Shown piece after piece: positions 18,601-28,396 of a stretch of 64,000 nucleotides of DNA. The stretch lies in the NCBI GenBank assembly GCA_963707635.1, contig OY970173.1:2912001-2976000 (forward strand). Direction: 5' to 3'. The stretch is from Candidatus Latescibacterota bacterium (GTDB lineage Bacteria > Krumholzibacteriota > Krumholzibacteriia > WVZY01 > JAKEHA01). Below the pieces are notes generated by a model. It saw only the letters and a program-made list of their open reading frames with translations, did no database searches and was not told where the DNA came from. The position numbers were made by a program, and so were the translations under genes. The number at the start of each line of letters is the position of its first letter. Position 1 is the first letter of the stretch.

Positions 18601-20825
18601 TGCCCTCCTCGAACGGCCGCGAGCCGCTTGAGATTTTCCTTCGCCGCCCCATTCTCCGGCTCGAGGCGCAGGGCTTCCTTGAACTCGCGCTCCGCGTCGT
18701 CATAGCGACGCGCGTTCGCATACAGGGCGCCGAGGGTGACCCGCGCGGTCACGTACCCGGGTTCGGTCTTGACGGCGCGCTCCGCGAACGGGATCCCTTC
18801 GTCGATCCGTTTGGTCTCGAGCATCATAACCGCCAGGTTGTTCATCGCGTGGACGTCGTCGGGCTTGAGCGCGACGCACTTTTTCAGGGCGGCTTCGGCC
18901 TGAGGGTATTGCTTCAGCCGTCCGTAGCACACCGCGAGATTGTTGTAGGCACTGTAGAAGTTCGGACGCAGCGCGATCGCCTGCCGGTACTGCTCGATCG
19001 CCTTCGCATACTCCCCCCGCTGCTCCCAGCGCTGCCCCAGGTTGTTCAGCGCGTCCGCGTTGTCCGGCGCCAGATATCCCAGCGCCTCCAGCTTCGCCAT
19101 CGTCTCCTTCGACGCACTGCTCACCGTCCCCGGATCCACCGGCGCCCGCGCCCGGTCCAGCGTGGCCACACTCTGCGCGCTGAACCTCGCCACCGCCTCA
19201 TCGGTAAACGCCGATCGCATCGCCTTGCCCGGCATGTCCTCCGCCCTCGGCAACCCCATCAGCGCCAGTACCGTCGGCGCCACGTCGATGATCGACGCCC
19301 CCTGGATCTCCGCTCCCCGCTTCACCCCCGCCCCCATCAACCCCACCATCCCCGTGAGTCGGTGCCACTCCGCCGCATTCCCCGCCCAGATCTCCGGCCG
19401 GTTCTTCAACCGCGACTCCCCGCTCTTGAACCCGTGGTCCGAGACCACCATCAACACCGTCTGCCCATCCATCTTCCCCATGACCTCGCCCAGGATCTCG
19501 TCCTGCAGCACGTACGCCTCCTCCACCGCGTCCCGGTAGCGCGCAAAGTCCGCCTCACTCACCTCCGCCGAGCGCGGCGGCGTGTGCAGCATGAACAAAT
19601 GACTCACCGCGTCCACCCACTCGAAGTACACCGCCTCCACATCCGGCCGGTCCGTCTCCCACACGTGCAACGCGATCCGCTTGAACGTCTGCGTCGACGC
19701 GTACAGATGCATCAACGCATTCACCGGATCCTTCGCGTCGAACTCCCCCCGATGCCGCGCCAGCTCCGCCGCACTCACGTGCACAAACCGCATCATCTCC
19801 GCATCCGACACCTCCCGCCCCTCCACCACCAACCCCCTCATCTCCCCCCACCGTTCCCTCGGATACAGACTCGTCGCCTCCGCCTGCGCCGTGTCCTTCG
19901 GCGCGTACGCCAGATACCCGAACTTGTCCGTCACCATCACCCCCTCGATCGCCTCCGCCGGGTCCGTCGCCAGCCACCCCACGATCGACACACTCCGTCC
20001 CGCATCCCCCAGCATGTTCCAGAACGCATCCACCTGGCGGTTCTGCCGCCCCACCGGCACCCGCGTCCCCGTCGCCACATCCACTACAAAAAAATCCAGG
20101 ATCCCGTGCTCCTCCGGCTCCCGCCCCGTCGCCATCGTCGTCCACAACAACGGCGAGAGCATCGGCTCCTCCGAACGCAACACCCCCGTCGTCCCCTCCC
20201 GCTTCAGCCGCGCAAAGTTCGGCAACCGACCCGCCTCCATCAGCGGCGTCAAGTTCGCCCAGTCCCCCCCGTCCACTCCCACAATGATCAACCGCCGCCG
20301 TTCTCCTCCTGTCTCCATCGTGCGATCGCCCCACTGCACCACCCGCACCTCCCCCACCGTGATCCCGTAGCCCGCCATCTCGTCGCGCACCCGCCCCGTC
20401 ACCGCGCCCCCAAACCCCTCCGGCCCCCTCGATGACTGGCTCCCCGCCGCCTCGATCTCCGCCGCCGCCACCACCAGCCGCCGAAACGCCGGCACAAACT
20501 CCCTCGAAAATCCCCGCTCCAGCGCCACCGACGAGCCCGCCGGGATCACGAGCCCCACCTCGAACGCCACCCCCAGCGAGTCCCCCTCTTCGAACAGCAC
20601 CGACGCCGACCCCACCGGCGGGATCCGGTACCTCTGCTCCCCGCTCGGGTAGCGTACCAGGCTCACCCCCGGCCCCACGTACGTCCACCCACGCACCACC
20701 GACACACTCCCGTCCCGCGTGATCCGCAACCCTTCCTCCCCACCCGGCACCCGCCGCAACCCCGCCGCCCCCGCCAACAGCCCCAGCGCCGCCAGCGCGA
20801 CCAGAATCAAGCGCGCGCGTTTCAC
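18597..20825 (-). CDS. Alkaline phosphatase superfamily (type I phosphodiesterase/sulfatase-like) protein with N-terminal TM/SPFH-like region and C-terminal TPRs, copy B (742 aa)
   Basis: IVGVDGGDW, SPLLWTTMATG, VVSDHGF, DVAPTVLALMG, LEALGY, then TPR repeats. Confidence 0.85.
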   Translation of the reverse strand: MKRARLILVALAALGLLAGAAGLRRVPGGEEGLRITRDGSVSVVRGWTYVGPGVSLVRYPSGEQRYRIPPVGSASVLFEEGDSLGVAFEVGLVIPAGSSVALERGFSREFVPAFRRLVVAAAEIEAAGSQSSRGPEGFGGAVTGRVRDEMAGYGITVGEVRVVQWGDRTMETGGERRRLIIVGVDGGDWANLTPLMEAGRLPNFARLKREGTTGVLRSEEPMLSPLLWTTMATGREPEEHGILDFFVVDVATGTRVPVGRQNRQVDAFWNMLGDAGRSVSIVGWLATDPAEAIEGVMVTDKFGYLAYAPKDTAQAEATSLYPRERWGEMRGLVVEGREVSDAEMMRFVHVSAAELARHRGEFDAKDPVNALMHLYASTQTFKRIALHVWETDRPDVEAVYFEWVDAVSHLFMLHTPPRSAEVSEADFARYRDAVEEAYVLQDEILGEVMGKMDGQTVLMVVSDHGFKSGESRLKNRPEIWAGNAAEWHRLTGMVGLMGAGVKRGAEIQGASIIDVAPTVLALMGLPRAEDMPGKAMRSAFTDEAVARFSAQSVATLDRARAPVDPGTVSSASKETMAKLEALGYLAPDNADALNNLGQRWEQRGEYAKAIEQYRQAIALRPNFYSAYNNLAVCYGRLKQYPQAEAALKKCVALKPDDVHAMNNLAVMMLETKRIDEGIPFAERAVKTEPGYVTARVTLGALYANARRYDDAEREFKEALRLEPENGAAKENLKRLAAVRGGQ

Positions 20826-23032
20826 TGCCGGCCTCTCGCCGCGTCGAGTTGCGCCAGGTTCTCCTTCGCCTCGGTATTGTCCGGCTCGAGGCGCAGGGCT
20901 TCCTTGAACTCGCGCTCCGCGTCGTCGTAACGACGGCTCAGCAGATACGCGGACCCGAGCGTCACGTGCCCGTTCGCGTTGCCGGGTTCAACCTCGACCG
21001 CTTGCTCGGCGACGCGCATTCCGTCCGCCACCTGTCCGGTTTCCAGATAGATCACGGCCAGATTACTCATCGCGAAATAGTTGCGCGGGTTTATCGAGAG
21101 ACTCTTCTTCAGGGCGGCTTCGGCCTGAGGGTATTGCTTCAGCCGTCCGTAGCACACCGCGAGATTGTTGTAGGCACTGTAGAAGTTCGGACGCAGCGCG
21201 ATCGCCTGCCGGTACTGCTCGATCGCCTTCGCATACTCCCCCCGCTGCTCCCAGCGCTGCCCCAGGTTGTTCAGCGCGTCCGCGTTGTCCGGCGCCAGAT
21301 ATCCCAGCGCCTCCAGCTTCGCCATCGTCTCCTTCGACGCACTGCTCACCGTCCCCGGATCCACCGGCGCCCGCGCCCGGTCCAGCGTGGCCACACTCTG
21401 CGCGCTGAACCTCGCCACCGCCTCATCGGTAAACGCCGATCGCATCGCCTTGCCCGGCATGTCCTCCGCCCTCGGCAACCCCATCAGCGCCAGTACCGTC
21501 GGCGCCACGTCGATGATCGACGCCCCCTGGATCTCCGCTCCCCGCTTCACCCCCGCCCCCATCAACCCCACCATCCCCGTGAGTCGGTGCCACTCCGCCG
21601 CATTCCCCGCCCAGATCTCCGGCCGGTTCTTCAACCGCGACTCCCCGCTCTTGAACCCGTGGTCCGAGACCACCATCAACACCGTCTGCCCATCCATCTT
21701 CCCCATGACCTCGCCCAGGATCTCGTCCTGCAGCACGTACGCCTCCTCCACCGCGTCCCGGTAGCGCGCAAAGTCCGCCTCACTCACCTCCGCCGAGCGC
21801 GGCGGCGTGTGCAGCATGAACAAATGACTCACCGCGTCCACCCACTCGAAGTACACCGCCTCCACATCCGGCCGGTCCGTCTCCCACACGTGCAACGCGA
21901 TCCGCTTGAACGTCTGCGTCGACGCGTACAGATGCATCAACGCATTCACCGGATCCTTCGCGTCGAACTCCCCCCGATGCCGCGCCAGCTCCGCCGCACT
22001 CACGTGCACAAACCGCATCATCTCCGCATCCGACACCTCCCGCCCCTCCACCACCAACCCCCTCATCTCCCCCCACCGTTCCCTCGGATACAGACTCGTC
22101 GCCTCCGCCTGCGCCGTGTCCTTCGGCGCGTACGCCAGATACCCGAACTTGTCCGTCACCATCACCCCCTCGATCGCCTCCGCCGGGTCCGTCGCCAGCC
22201 ACCCCACGATCGACACACTCCGTCCCGCATCCCCCAGCATGTTCCAGAACGCATCCACCTGGCGGTTCTGCCGCCCCACCGGCACCCGCGTCCCCGTCGC
22301 CACATCCACTACAAAAAAATCCAGGATCCCGTGCTCCTCCGGCTCCCGCCCCGTCGCCATCGTCGTCCACAACAACGGCGAGAGCATCGGCTCCTCCGAA
22401 CGCAACACCCCCGTCGTCCCCTCCCGCTTCAGCCGCGCAAAGTTCGGCAACCGACCCGCCTCCATCAGCGGCGTCAAGTTCGCCCAGTCCCCCCCGTCCA
22501 CTCCCACGATGATCAACCGCCGCCGTTCTCCTCCCGTCTCCATCGTGCGATCGCCCCACTGCACCACCCGCACCTCCCCCACCGTGATCCCGTAGCCCGC
22601 CATCTCGTCGCGCACCCGCCCCGTCACCGCGCCCCCGAACCCCTCCGGCCCCCTCGATGACTGGCTCCCCGCCGCCTCGATCTCCGCCGCCGCCACCACC
22701 AGCCGCCGAAACGCCGGCACAAACTCCCTCGAAAATCCCCGCTCCAGCGCCACCGACGAGCCCGCCGGGATCACGAGCCCCACCTCGAACGCCACCCCCA
22801 GCGAGTCCCCCTCTTCGAACAGCACCGACGCCGACCCCACCGGCGGGATCCGGTACCTCTGCTCCCCGCTCGGGTAGCGTACCAGGCTCACCCCCGGCCC
22901 CACGTACGTCCACCCACGCACCACCGACACACTCCCGTCCCGCGTGATCCGCAACCCTTCCTCCCCACCCGGCACCCGCCGCAACCCCGCCGCCCCCGCC
23001 AACAGCCCCAGCGCCGCCAGCGCGACCAGAAT
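18883..23032. repeat. Tandem direct repeat, 1925-bp units (18883-20807 and 21108-23032), period 2225 bp
   Basis: Manual comparison; three substitutions found (20283/22508, 20310/22535, 20412/22637), all synonymous. Confidence 0.92.
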
Positions 23033-23050
23033 GAGATGAATTCGTTTCAT
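20822..23050 (-). CDS. Same family, copy A (742 aa)
   Basis: ATG 23050 (MKRIHLILV...) gives the same length as copy B; protein identical except the first few and last ~93 residues. Confidence 0.85.
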   Translation of the reverse strand: MKRIHLILVALAALGLLAGAAGLRRVPGGEEGLRITRDGSVSVVRGWTYVGPGVSLVRYPSGEQRYRIPPVGSASVLFEEGDSLGVAFEVGLVIPAGSSVALERGFSREFVPAFRRLVVAAAEIEAAGSQSSRGPEGFGGAVTGRVRDEMAGYGITVGEVRVVQWGDRTMETGGERRRLIIVGVDGGDWANLTPLMEAGRLPNFARLKREGTTGVLRSEEPMLSPLLWTTMATGREPEEHGILDFFVVDVATGTRVPVGRQNRQVDAFWNMLGDAGRSVSIVGWLATDPAEAIEGVMVTDKFGYLAYAPKDTAQAEATSLYPRERWGEMRGLVVEGREVSDAEMMRFVHVSAAELARHRGEFDAKDPVNALMHLYASTQTFKRIALHVWETDRPDVEAVYFEWVDAVSHLFMLHTPPRSAEVSEADFARYRDAVEEAYVLQDEILGEVMGKMDGQTVLMVVSDHGFKSGESRLKNRPEIWAGNAAEWHRLTGMVGLMGAGVKRGAEIQGASIIDVAPTVLALMGLPRAEDMPGKAMRSAFTDEAVARFSAQSVATLDRARAPVDPGTVSSASKETMAKLEALGYLAPDNADALNNLGQRWEQRGEYAKAIEQYRQAIALRPNFYSAYNNLAVCYGRLKQYPQAEAALKKSLSINPRNYFAMSNLAVIYLETGQVADGMRVAEQAVEVEPGNANGHVTLGSAYLLSRRYDDAEREFKEALRLEPDNTEAKENLAQLDAARGRQ

Positions 23051-23106
23051 GAGTGGTGGTGAACAACGGGGGCGCGGAGCGGGACGCGCGTCGTGGTGCC
23101 ACACGA

Positions 23107-23135
23107 AGTCTAAGGCGCGCGTCCCGGAGCGTCAA
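23107..23135 (-). promoter_or_regulatory. Sigma70-like promoter for the duplicated genes and gpmI
   Basis: Minus strand TTGACG-N17-TAGACT. Confidence 0.55.
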
Positions 23136-23187
23136 GCCGCGCGGAACCCGATAGCGAGCACATGCACCCGCGGGTATAATGTCAGGC

Positions 23188-24078
23188 ATGCCGCCATCCT
23201 CCCCGCCCGCGGTTCCCACCGTCGCTGTCATCATTCTTACGTGGAACGGGAAGGAACTGACTCTCGACTGCCTGCGCTCCTTCGCGCGGGTCACGACACC
23301 GAATCTGCGCATCCTGGTGGTCGACAACGGCTCGACGGACGACACCGTGGCGATCGTGCGGGCGCTGGGCGATGCCCGCGTGACGATCATCGAAAACGGC
23401 GCCAACCTGGGCTACGCGGCCGGGAACAACGCGGGCATCCGCCAGGCACTCGACCACGGGGCCGACTTCATCCTCCTGCTCAACAACGACACCGTCGTCG
23501 ATCCCACCCTGGTGGACGATCTGCTCGCCGGAATGGCGCGGGAGCCGGACATCGGCATCGCGGGGCCGAAGATCTACTATTCCGACCCGCGCGATCGCAT
23601 CTGGTTCGCGGGCGGCGAGGTGTCACTGTGGCGGGGAAACGCACGGCACATCGGCATTCGGGAAACCGATCACGGGCAGTACGACACCGCGCGCGACGTC
23701 GACTACGTGAGCGGGTGCGCGCTGTTCGCGCGCCGGGAGGTCTTCGACCGGGTGGGAATGCTCGACGCCGGCTACCGGGCCTATTTCGAGGACGCCGATC
23801 TGTGCGCGCGCGCCGCGCAAGTTGGGTTTCGCATCCGTTACGTCCCGACGGCCCGAGTCTGGCACCGGATTTCCGCCAGCACCGGGGGACAACTCTCGCG
23901 GCGCAAGATCGTGCGCAAGCTCATCAGCGCACGACGGTTCTTCGCAGCGCACGCCAGGCCGTATCACTGGATCACCATTCCTTTATTTTTCGGCCTCGAT
24001 GTGGTACGAATAGGGCTTCTGGTGCTCACCGGACGGGTCCGCGACGCGGATCCTGGTTCACCTTATCCGACGTCCTGA
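23188..24078 (+). CDS. GT2 family glycosyltransferase (rhamnosyltransferase-like)
   Basis: VIILTWN, VVDNGSTD, NLGYAAGNN, LLNND, SGCALF, YFEDADL; TATAAT 7 nt before ATG 23188. Confidence 0.9.
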   Translation: MPPSSPPAVPTVAVIILTWNGKELTLDCLRSFARVTTPNLRILVVDNGSTDDTVAIVRALGDARVTIIENGANLGYAAGNNAGIRQALDHGADFILLLNNDTVVDPTLVDDLLAGMAREPDIGIAGPKIYYSDPRDRIWFAGGEVSLWRGNARHIGIRETDHGQYDTARDVDYVSGCALFARREVFDRVGMLDAGYRAYFEDADLCARAAQVGFRIRYVPTARVWHRISASTGGQLSRRKIVRKLISARRFFAAHARPYHWITIPLFFGLDVVRIGLLVLTGRVRDADPGSPYPTS

Positions 24079-24099
24079 ACGAAGGCGGTTCCCCTCGCC

Positions 24100-24996
24100 G
24101 TGAAGGTCGCGATCTTCGGGGTCAGCGGTCAACTCGGCCGCGACGTCGCCGCGGTCTTGTCCGACATGGACGCCGTGCCGCTCGACCACGCCCGCGTGGA
24201 CATTCGCGACGCTCCCGCCGTCATGAGCGCGGTCCGCACGGTGGGCCCGGCCTGGGTGATCAACTGCGCGGCCATGACCCACGTCGACCGCTGCGAGAGC
24301 GAAGCGCTTGCCGCCTTCGAAGCCAACGCGCTCGGCGCCGCCAACGTGGCCCGGGCGGCTCACGCCGCCGGCGCGCGCCTGCTGCAGGTCAGCACCGACT
24401 ACGTATTCGACGGCGCCCGCCCCGGCGCCTACGCCGAGTCCGACCCGCCCCGTCCGATCAATATCTACGGCATGAGCAAGCTGGCGGGAGAATGGGCCGC
24501 GCGCGCGGAGTGCGCCGGCGCGCGGGTCGTGCGCTCGAGCGGGCTCTACGGCCTCAATCCGTGCCGGGGCAAGGGCGGAAATTTCGTCGAGACGATGCTC
24601 GCGCGCGCGGCGGCGGGTCCGCTGCGGGTCGTCAGCGACGAAGTGCTGGCGCCGACGTTCACCGAAGACCTCGCGCGCAGAATGAGGGAGATACTCGAGC
24701 ACGACGCCCCGCCGGGCGTGTATCACGCGACCAACGCCGGGTCGTGCTCGTGGTTCGAATTCGCGCAGGAAATCGTCCGTCTCTCCGGTGCGGGCGCGAA
24801 GGTCGAACCCATTCGCGCGGCGGAGTGGAAGGCGGCGGCGCGGCGGCCGGCGAACTCGGTGCTCGAGAACCGCGCCTGCGCCGCCCTCGGATTCGACGCC
24901 ATGCCCCACTGGCGTGACGCGCTCGCCCGCTATCTGCGGCAGCGGGCCGGCGCACCGGCGGGCGGAAGCCAGGGCGCTCCACCCGGCTCCATCTAG
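24100..24996 (+). CDS. rfbD: dTDP-4-dehydrorhamnose reductase
   Basis: GVSGQLG, NCAAMTHVD, STDYVFDG, YGMSKLAGE, RPANSVL. Confidence 0.95.
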   Translation: MKVAIFGVSGQLGRDVAAVLSDMDAVPLDHARVDIRDAPAVMSAVRTVGPAWVINCAAMTHVDRCESEALAAFEANALGAANVARAAHAAGARLLQVSTDYVFDGARPGAYAESDPPRPINIYGMSKLAGEWAARAECAGARVVRSSGLYGLNPCRGKGGNFVETMLARAAAGPLRVVSDEVLAPTFTEDLARRMREILEHDAPPGVYHATNAGSCSWFEFAQEIVRLSGAGAKVEPIRAAEWKAAARRPANSVLENRACAALGFDAMPHWRDALARYLRQRAGAPAGGSQGAPPGSI

Positions 24997-25229
24997 AAGA
25001 GCGCGCGCAGCAGCAGGAACGCGGAGGCCACCGCCAGCGCGGCGGTCGCGAGCCCGATGAGGAACAGCAGGAACGGCACAACGAATACCGCCCCGATCAG
25101 ACCCTTGAACAGGATGAACCCGAGCTTGAACGGAAGCAGAATCAACCCCACCAGGACGTGTAGCATGAGCACTGTCAGGACCCACGCCACCAGGACGCCG
25201 AGAGCGCCCAGCACCAGGAATTCGATCAT
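24993..25229 (-). CDS. Small hydrophobic membrane protein (78 aa)
   Basis: GGAGG SD 6 nt upstream of ATG 25229; almost entirely hydrophobic (LILLPFKLGFILFKG). Confidence 0.65.
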   Translation of the reverse strand: MIEFLVLGALGVLVAWVLTVLMLHVLVGLILLPFKLGFILFKGLIGAVFVVPFLLFLIGLATAALAVASAFLLLRALF

Positions 25230-25269
25230 CGCCATCCTCCATCGAGCCGCGCAGAGCGGGCTCGACACG

Positions 25270-27951
25270 GTGTACACGCCGCGCGCGAATCCATTCGACG
25301 GCCTCCGCCGCCGGGTGCGCGCGCTGGCCCTGCCCCTGGCCTGCGCGGCCTGCGTGCCGGCCGGCGCCCTCGCCGCCGAGCCGCCCGCGCCCGGCTCGAT
25401 CGTGCCCGACCCGCTCCGCTACGTATCGCCGAGCCGGCCGTACCGGATCGCACACACGGCGCTGGACCTCGACGTCGATCTGGAGCGGCGGCGAATCGCC
25501 GGGAGCGTCGCCCACACGGTCAATTCCCTCCGCGACGATCTCTCCGAAATCTCGATGAACTGCGTCGGGCTCGTGGTCGATTCCGTGGCTGTCGACGGGG
25601 CGCGCGCGAGTTTCGACTATCCCGTCACGGCCGGGTCGAGCACGTCGTGGCTCGGCAGCGCGCCCGAGGCCGTCGCCGACGACCGCCTCGTCGTACACCT
25701 ATCGACACCACTCGCCCGCGGGGCGACGGCGGTCGTGACCGTCCACTACCGGGGCGAGCCGAAGATCGGCCTCTACTGGATTCGCCCCGAGAAGGGCATC
25801 CCGGAGAAGCGGCTCGAGGTCTGGTCGCAGGGCGAGGGCGAGGACAACCGGTACTGGATCCCGTGCAACGACTACCCCAACGACAAGTCGACGTTCGAAG
25901 GACGATTCCGGGTGCCGAAGGGTTACACGGCGATATCCAACGGCGCGCTGGTCGCGACCCGCGACGTGGGCGATCGCACCGAATTCTCCTGGAAGCTCGA
26001 CCAGCCGCAGGTGAGCTACCTCATCATGCTCGCAGTCGCGAAGTACCGGATCTACGAGCAGAAGGTGCACGACCTCCCGCTCATGTACGTGGTTCCGCCC
26101 GACGCCGACGACGCCACCATCCTGCGCGGCTACGGGCTCACGCCCGACATGATGGAGTTCTTCGAAAAAACCATCGGCATCGCCTATCCCTACGCCAAGT
26201 ACGCGCAGGTGTCGGTGCAGGATTTCATCTACGGCGGGATGGAGAATACGTCCGCCACGGTGATGAACATGCGCACCCTCTACGACGAGCGCACCGAACT
26301 CACCCGCAAGGAGCAAGGCCTCGTCGCGCACGAGCTCGCCCACCAGTGGTGGGGCGATATGGTCACGTGCCGCGAATGGAGCCACATGTGGCTCAACGAG
26401 GGCTTCGCCACCTACTACGCGTACCTGTACCGGGGGCACCACGACGGCGAGGATGCGTTTCGCTATCAGATGCGGGGCGCGCAGATGGACGTCGTGAACG
26501 GCGACAACACCGAGCCGCGGCCGATGGTGGTCGATTTTTTCAATCGCGCCGACGCGCGCAACAACGCCCAGGTCTACGTCAAGGGCGCGAGCGTGCTCCA
26601 CATGCTGCGTTTCCTGCTGGGCGACGCGCTCTACCACGAGACCATTCGTCACTACGGTGAGGCGCACAAATTCGACGTCGTGGAAACCCAGGACCTGATG
26701 CGGGCGGTCAAGGACGTCACCGGCGAGAACCTGGACTGGTTCTTCGAGCAGTGGGTCTTTCTGGCCGGGCACCCCAAGTTCAAGGTGACGAAATCGTGGG
26801 ACAAAGCCGCGAGCGTGCTGCGGCTGAAAGTCGAGCAGACCCAGAAGACGGGCGGGCTCGTCCCGGTGTTTCGCGTCCCGCTGGACATCGAGATCACCTG
26901 GGAGGGCGGCCACGCGCTGCACCGCGTGACCATCGAACAGGCGACCCAGGATTTCTATTTCCAGGTGCCGGCGGAACCGAAGATGGTCGTATTCGACAAG
27001 GGTGACTGGATCTTGAAGACGCTGGAGTTTCCAAAACTGACCGGCGAGCTCGTCTACGACCTCGAGCACGGCGACACCATGACGCGAATCCGCGCGGTGG
27101 AGGCGCTGGCGTCGAAGGGATCCGACGAGCGCACCGTGCCGGCGCTGCGCTCGGCGCTGGCGGCCGAGGGCCACTACGGCCTGCGGCGCGAGGCGGCGCT
27201 CGCGCTGGGCAAGGTGGGCACGCCGGCCGCCCTGGCCGCGCTGGTCGAGGGTCTCGAGATTACCGACGCGATGGTTCGCCTCGCGTGCGTCGAAGCGCTC
27301 GGCAGCTTCTATGGCAACGAGTCGGCGGCCGCGCCTCTGGAAAAAATCGTCGAGAACGATCGTGCCTACGGCGTGCGCGCGGAGGCGCTCACGAGCCTCG
27401 TCAAGATTCGTTCGGAGCGGGCGGCGCGCGTGTGCACGAAGGCACTCGGCCAGGAGTCCGACCGCAGCGTCGTTCGCAACGCCGCCATCAACGGGCTGGT
27501 GGAGCTGCAGGCCACCGACGCGATGCCGCGTATCAAGCCCTACTGCGCCGCGGGCAATCGGCGCGAGTTGCGCCACGTCGCGATCGCGGGATACGCCAAA
27601 CTGGCGAAGGTGCTTACCAAAGACGGCGAGCGCCGCCAGGCAGCGGAGACGCTCTCCCCCGGGCTCGACGACTGGTTTCTGCGCACGCGCGAGGCCACCA
27701 TCGACGCGCTCGCCACGATCTCGCATCCGGCGTCGGTTAACCCGCTGCGCCGCGTGGCGTCCGCGGACCCGCTCGCCGCGGTGCGCGAGCGCGCGCGCAA
27801 GGCCGCCGATCGCATCGAAGCCGACGCGCGAGCGGCCGTGGCCAGGACCGACCAGGGCGCGGATATCCAGGATCTCAAGCGGCGTGTCGAGGAGTTACAG
27901 AAGGAGCTGGACCGGATGCGCCCCCAGCACGCGACCCCGGTCGACCACTAG
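25270..27951 (+). CDS. M1 family aminopeptidase with C-terminal HEAT repeats and coiled coil
   Basis: GGMEN, HELAHQWWG, WLNEGFA, YVKGA; HEAT-like repeats; start approximate. Confidence 0.9.
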   Translation: MYTPRANPFDGLRRRVRALALPLACAACVPAGALAAEPPAPGSIVPDPLRYVSPSRPYRIAHTALDLDVDLERRRIAGSVAHTVNSLRDDLSEISMNCVGLVVDSVAVDGARASFDYPVTAGSSTSWLGSAPEAVADDRLVVHLSTPLARGATAVVTVHYRGEPKIGLYWIRPEKGIPEKRLEVWSQGEGEDNRYWIPCNDYPNDKSTFEGRFRVPKGYTAISNGALVATRDVGDRTEFSWKLDQPQVSYLIMLAVAKYRIYEQKVHDLPLMYVVPPDADDATILRGYGLTPDMMEFFEKTIGIAYPYAKYAQVSVQDFIYGGMENTSATVMNMRTLYDERTELTRKEQGLVAHELAHQWWGDMVTCREWSHMWLNEGFATYYAYLYRGHHDGEDAFRYQMRGAQMDVVNGDNTEPRPMVVDFFNRADARNNAQVYVKGASVLHMLRFLLGDALYHETIRHYGEAHKFDVVETQDLMRAVKDVTGENLDWFFEQWVFLAGHPKFKVTKSWDKAASVLRLKVEQTQKTGGLVPVFRVPLDIEITWEGGHALHRVTIEQATQDFYFQVPAEPKMVVFDKGDWILKTLEFPKLTGELVYDLEHGDTMTRIRAVEALASKGSDERTVPALRSALAAEGHYGLRREAALALGKVGTPAALAALVEGLEITDAMVRLACVEALGSFYGNESAAAPLEKIVENDRAYGVRAEALTSLVKIRSERAARVCTKALGQESDRSVVRNAAINGLVELQATDAMPRIKPYCAAGNRRELRHVAIAGYAKLAKVLTKDGERRQAAETLSPGLDDWFLRTREATIDALATISHPASVNPLRRVASADPLAAVRERARKAADRIEADARAAVARTDQGADIQDLKRRVEELQKELDRMRPQHATPVDH

Positions 27952-28040
27952 TTTATAACGTGTTATTCTTCAATTTATTATATCCATGCTCATTTGTGGG
28001 GTTGATTTTGATAAACGTTTCACATAGTCTATTATCGGTT
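27952..28040 (+). promoter_or_regulatory. AT-rich promoter region of the atp operon
   Basis: Sharp AT-rich island; TTGATT-N17-TAGTCT (28002-28030) or TTGATA-N16-TATTAT (28008-28035). Confidence 0.5.
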
Positions 28041-28135
28041 GCTGCCGGAGGGTGGTTCGGATACAGTCGGGCAACTTTGTGTGATGCGCCCATCGGCCCG
28101 CCCGCCGCATCGGAAAGCGCCCTGGGATCTGCCCC

Positions 28136-28396
28136 GTGAAGACGGACAAGGACCGATACCGGGGGGCGCGGCAGGCGGGGCTCCTGACGACGATCCCATT
28201 TCTGATGGCCGTGCCGCCGATCGCCGGTCTTCTGATCGGCCGATATCTCGACAACAGATTCAATCTACAACCGCTCTTCACCATCGTCTTCATGCTGCTG
28301 GGATTCGCGGCGGGCGTGCGCGAGGTGAGGCTCGTCCTGAAGAAGGCAAACGCCCCGGACGAGGACGGAGAGAAGCGTGACGGAAAGACGCCATAA
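28136..28396 (+). CDS. AtpZ/AtpI family two-TM protein
   Basis: GLLIGRYLD...LLGFAAG pattern; first gene of the atp operon. Confidence 0.85.
   Translation: MKTDKDRYRGARQAGLLTTIPFLMAVPPIAGLLIGRYLDNRFNLQPLFTIVFMLLGFAAGVREVRLVLKKANAPDEDGEKRDGKTP

Noticed and set aside
18597..21107. Diversity-generating retroelement explanation for the variable C-terminal tails
   Set aside because: No reverse transcriptase in the window, no short non-coding template repeat seen, and the differences do not appear restricted to adenines.
19555..23405. Gly-rich ORFs (19555..20688 and 21780..23405) and Pro/Arg-rich + strand ORFs
   Set aside because: Alternative-frame artefacts of the G-rich coding strand of the duplicated genes.
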